Positions 26,080-28,629 of a DNA stretch of 28,629 nt are shown here, piece by piece. Made by a program: the position numbers and the translations under genes. The notes under the pieces are model-generated. The model made no database searches. It had not been told where the DNA came from and worked only from the letters and a program-made list of their open reading frames with translations. Numbering within the stretch: the stretch's first letter is position 1; the number at the start of each line of letters is the position of its first letter. The DNA comes from an uncultured Rickettsiales bacterium (GTDB lineage: Bacteria > Pseudomonadota > Alphaproteobacteria > Rickettsiales > UBA1997): contig CATOJU010000001.1 in the NCBI GenBank assembly GCA_951800555.1, forward strand, positions 1 to 28,629, in the 5' to 3' direction.

Positions 26080-27030
26080 TTAGAATGTCAAATATAAAAC
26101 TTCTTGAGGTCTAAAAATTCTAACTCCTCCTACTTGTCCGTAGCCTACATTATAGAATGTATAATTATCAGCAGTATTGAAAGCATTTGTTTGATATTCA
26201 ACAGGTAAATCAAATACCATAACTTCTGGGTCTTTGTTATACAAACAATAGATATTTTTGCCTAATTGATTATATTCAGCTTGTGCATAAACAACTGGTA
26301 TAATTTTAAAGTCATCTCTTCTAGTTGCTCCCTTAAAAGCATCTTCTAAATATTCTAATTTAGTTTTAATAGGGAATTCAGCACTTGAAGAAGTTGATAA
26401 TCCCAAGAAATCTTGATAAGGAATAACCAATCTATTTGGTGTTGAAGTATAATCACTTTGTTTTGTATAAGCTCTTAATAAAGCACCAACTATTGATTGT
26501 AAATCTGTTGCAGACATAGCAGAAAATTCTTGTGTTAAATCTTCACTATCAATAGCAACTTCATCATTATTTAAAAGACCTTTACAGTTTTCAAATACTT
26601 TATTTCCTAAAAATACACAATCTTGTAGCATTAAGTCAAAGTTTCTTTTTCTAGCTTCTAATTGGTCCCCTATAAAGTCAAAGTTTGTTTCACCTCTATC
26701 TAAAGCAACTTTTAATTGTTCTAAATCTTTAATATTGTATACACAATATTTGTTCCATAAATGTCTAAAGTCAGTTCTTCCATTGTAATTTACACTAACT
26801 CTTGGCATTCTTGCTTGATTTGTATTATCGTCTTGAAAACCATCAAAACCATCAGTAGCATTGTCGTAAGCTTGCCATTTAAAAATACTATCAGCATAAG
26901 CCCCATTTCCTACATCTATTTGAATGTAATCAGGTATTGATATTGTATAAAACTTTTGTTTTACAACTTCTTTATCAATTTGAGTTAATGTTGTTATTGC
27001 TTGTCTATAAGCTTGTAAATTTGTATACAT
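26080..27030 (-). CDS. Major capsid protein (DUF2184-like, HK97 fold)
   Basis: 316 aa; FYTI...DYI.I.VG.GA, GLLN, PNRLVIP, GGV.I.RP.EVLY; follows the decoration gene. Confidence 0.85.
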   Translation of the reverse strand: MYTNLQAYRQAITTLTQIDKEVVKQKFYTISIPDYIQIDVGNGAYADSIFKWQAYDNATDGFDGFQDDNTNQARMPRVSVNYNGRTDFRHLWNKYCVYNIKDLEQLKVALDRGETNFDFIGDQLEARKRNFDLMLQDCVFLGNKVFENCKGLLNNDEVAIDSEDLTQEFSAMSATDLQSIVGALLRAYTKQSDYTSTPNRLVIPYQDFLGLSTSSSAEFPIKTKLEYLEDAFKGATRRDDFKIIPVVYAQAEYNQLGKNIYCLYNKDPEVMVFDLPVEYQTNAFNTADNYTFYNVGYGQVGGVRIFRPQEVLYLTF

Positions 27031-27050
27031 ATTTAATCTCTTAATTATTA

Positions 27051-27881
27051 CTAAAATTCAATATAAATTTTTACTAAAGTATTAGCCGGTGCATCATGTA
27101 AAGCATAACCACATTTTACTAAACCTTCAGTTGCTGTTGTAGATGGCAAAACTTTTCCAGTATTTGCACCAGCAACATTACCAACAACACTTATAGCAAG
27201 TGGTGTTTTTAAAGCATCAAATAAATCTCCACTTGTACTTGATACAGCAACAGAGCTTGAAACCCCAGTTGTTGCAGATTTAACAAGAATATTATTTGTT
27301 CCATCAACAGTTGCAGTTGCAACACTTGCTAAAGCAGTATTTAAAACAGTTGCAACATCAGTTAATGTTGTTGCACTTGAAAAATCTAAAGCAGTAAGTT
27401 TTTTTTCTGCTCCATCAATAACAAAGTTAATTTCTCCACTAGTAATTGTTTTTAAATTTTCTAAATCTAAATTTACAAATTCCATATAACCAGCTGTTGC
27501 TTCGTTTCTTGTATCATAATAAGCTTCTTGTCCGCAATTAATTGCTGTTTCAGTAAGCATTAACATTATACAACCATTCAAAGCAACCCCTACTGTTTGA
27601 TTATTATCAACATATTCAGATTGCTTTATATTTTTAACTACAAAGCCTTTTAAAGTTTTAGTCAAAGTATCAGCAGTATCAGAGCTTAATACTTCTCTTA
27701 CTGTTGGCAAATAATCATTGCCAGGAACAAATACTAATAAATCACCAGCAGAAGTTGTTTGGTTCTCATTAGCATTATTCAATTTAGCATAAATAGGAAA
27801 ATCAATAGGTTGTATTAGTGTACCCCTTGCTCCTGTCTGTCTAAATTGATTTAATTTTTGTATATTTCCTAAAGTTGTCAT
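27051..27881 (-). CDS. Capsid decoration/cement protein with sheath-like insertion domain
   Basis: LNQF.QT, position upstream of the capsid gene; aa ~128-214 align by eye with sheath aa ~96-182. Confidence 0.65.
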   Translation of the reverse strand: MTTLGNIQKLNQFRQTGARGTLIQPIDFPIYAKLNNANENQTTSAGDLLVFVPGNDYLPTVREVLSSDTADTLTKTLKGFVVKNIKQSEYVDNNQTVGVALNGCIMLMLTETAINCGQEAYYDTRNEATAGYMEFVNLDLENLKTITSGEINFVIDGAEKKLTALDFSSATTLTDVATVLNTALASVATATVDGTNNILVKSATTGVSSSVAVSSTSGDLFDALKTPLAISVVGNVAGANTGKVLPSTTATEGLVKCGYALHDAPANTLVKIYIEF

Positions 27882-27907
27882 TTTAGTTTTCCAATAGTTA
27901 TTAATAA

Positions 27908-28432
27908 TTATAAAGAATATTTTTTATTTGTTTCGGCATATCTCTGTGATTTTGTATAAATAACAGGTGCTGAAATACTATTTCTTATTGAATTTTTTAA
28001 AGTATTTAAGATTGGCTTTTGTTCTGTTTTTTCTTCAAGTTTTTCTTCGCCATCTTCTCTTTGTTCTTCAACAATATTATTACATTTGTTGTCTTTTTCA
28101 CTTCTAGTTGATGGGTTGTAAGCATCTTTTTCTACAAGACCAATAATTGTTCTCCAAATTTCTTCACTTACTTTGCCTTTAAGAATACCACCAATTTCGT
28201 CAATAATTTTTCTTTTATCAACTCCTTCGTCATTTTCAATAATACTGTCGTCGTGGTCGCCTTCTTCTAACTCTTCCTTAAAGAATTTGTTAGTGTCAAC
28301 TATAGCATTTTCTTCTTCACCTTCGCCAAAGTCTACATTTAATTTTTCTGCTATTATAGCTAATAGCTTAAAAATATCATCCATTGTTGCACCTATTTCT
28401 TCAGGTGCTTCGTTTTTCTTTTTTCCAAACAT
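27908..28432 (-). CDS. Acidic scaffold-like head protein
   Basis: Acidic; VDKRKIIDEIGGILKGKV.EEIWRTIIG resembles the scaffold portion of DUF2213-type protease genes (recalled); position upstream of decoration and capsid genes. Confidence 0.55.
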   Translation of the reverse strand: MFGKKKNEAPEEIGATMDDIFKLLAIIAEKLNVDFGEGEEENAIVDTNKFFKEELEEGDHDDSIIENDEGVDKRKIIDEIGGILKGKVSEEIWRTIIGLVEKDAYNPSTRSEKDNKCNNIVEEQREDGEEKLEEKTEQKPILNTLKNSIRNSISAPVIYTKSQRYAETNKKYSL

Positions 28433-28629
28433 AGTTAATTTTATTAATTAATAAAAATTGTTAAAATATTAAATTGAGTAAAAACTCATTTTAATTCATG
28501 GCATTGCAACTTAAACAGTTTATTCCCAGTCATTATTCATTATTTATTATCAAGTAGAATATGCCAATATATTTTATCAAATAATAGATATAAACTATAT
28601 TCTACCATTTCCTCTGATTTACTATATCT

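Larger units (their letters stand above)
14638..28629 (-). mobile_element. Prophage late operon (contractile tail, DUF2184-type capsid), probably defective; continues beyond the window
   Basis: Co-oriented minus-strand head, neck, sheath, tube, chaperone, baseplate, fibre and holin-like genes. No integrase or att site identified; left boundary approximate. Confidence 0.9.

Noticed and set aside
998-28451. Opposite-strand ORFs in the track (998-1354, 1627-1884, 5604-5825, 6797-7042, 8233-8469, 12337-12555, 13821-14273, 19282-19590, 22104-22331, 23160-23363, 25785-26012, 28173-28451)
   Set aside because: Shadow frames of well-supported genes, with low-complexity F/L/I/S composition and no motifs.

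Overview
Very AT-rich bacterial chromosomal window, probably from an alphaproteobacterium (inferred from an IalB-like protein, an adrenodoxin-type fdx and a Zn-independent-type L36). The left half (1-14.3 kb) is housekeeping: IalB-like gene, rpmJ, hup, dnaA, dnaE, fdx and fabG. It is interrupted by a type III R-M pair whose mod gene is frameshifted exactly at a G10 tract (candidate phase-variable, currently OFF) and by a cluster of nested palindromic repeats. The right half (about 14.6 kb to the end) is the minus-strand late operon of a contractile-tailed prophage of the DUF2184-capsid/DUF3383-sheath/DUF2612 type. It looks decayed: the tape measure is fused in frame to a spike C-terminus, a wedge gene is fused to baseplate J, and the tail fibre and the gene after it carry nonsense codons. 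The most unusual element is a two-unit cassette at 15078-16399. Each unit is a small PBECR (barnase/EndoU/colicin E5-D/RelE)-like nuclease gene with a shared N-terminal leader and no immunity protein. Each is met tail-to-tail by a 100-115 nt structured non-coding RNA, and both RNAs are driven by near-identical sigma70 promoters. This is a candidate RNA-antitoxin or nuclease-RNA system. All family assignments come from recalled motifs; no database search was run.
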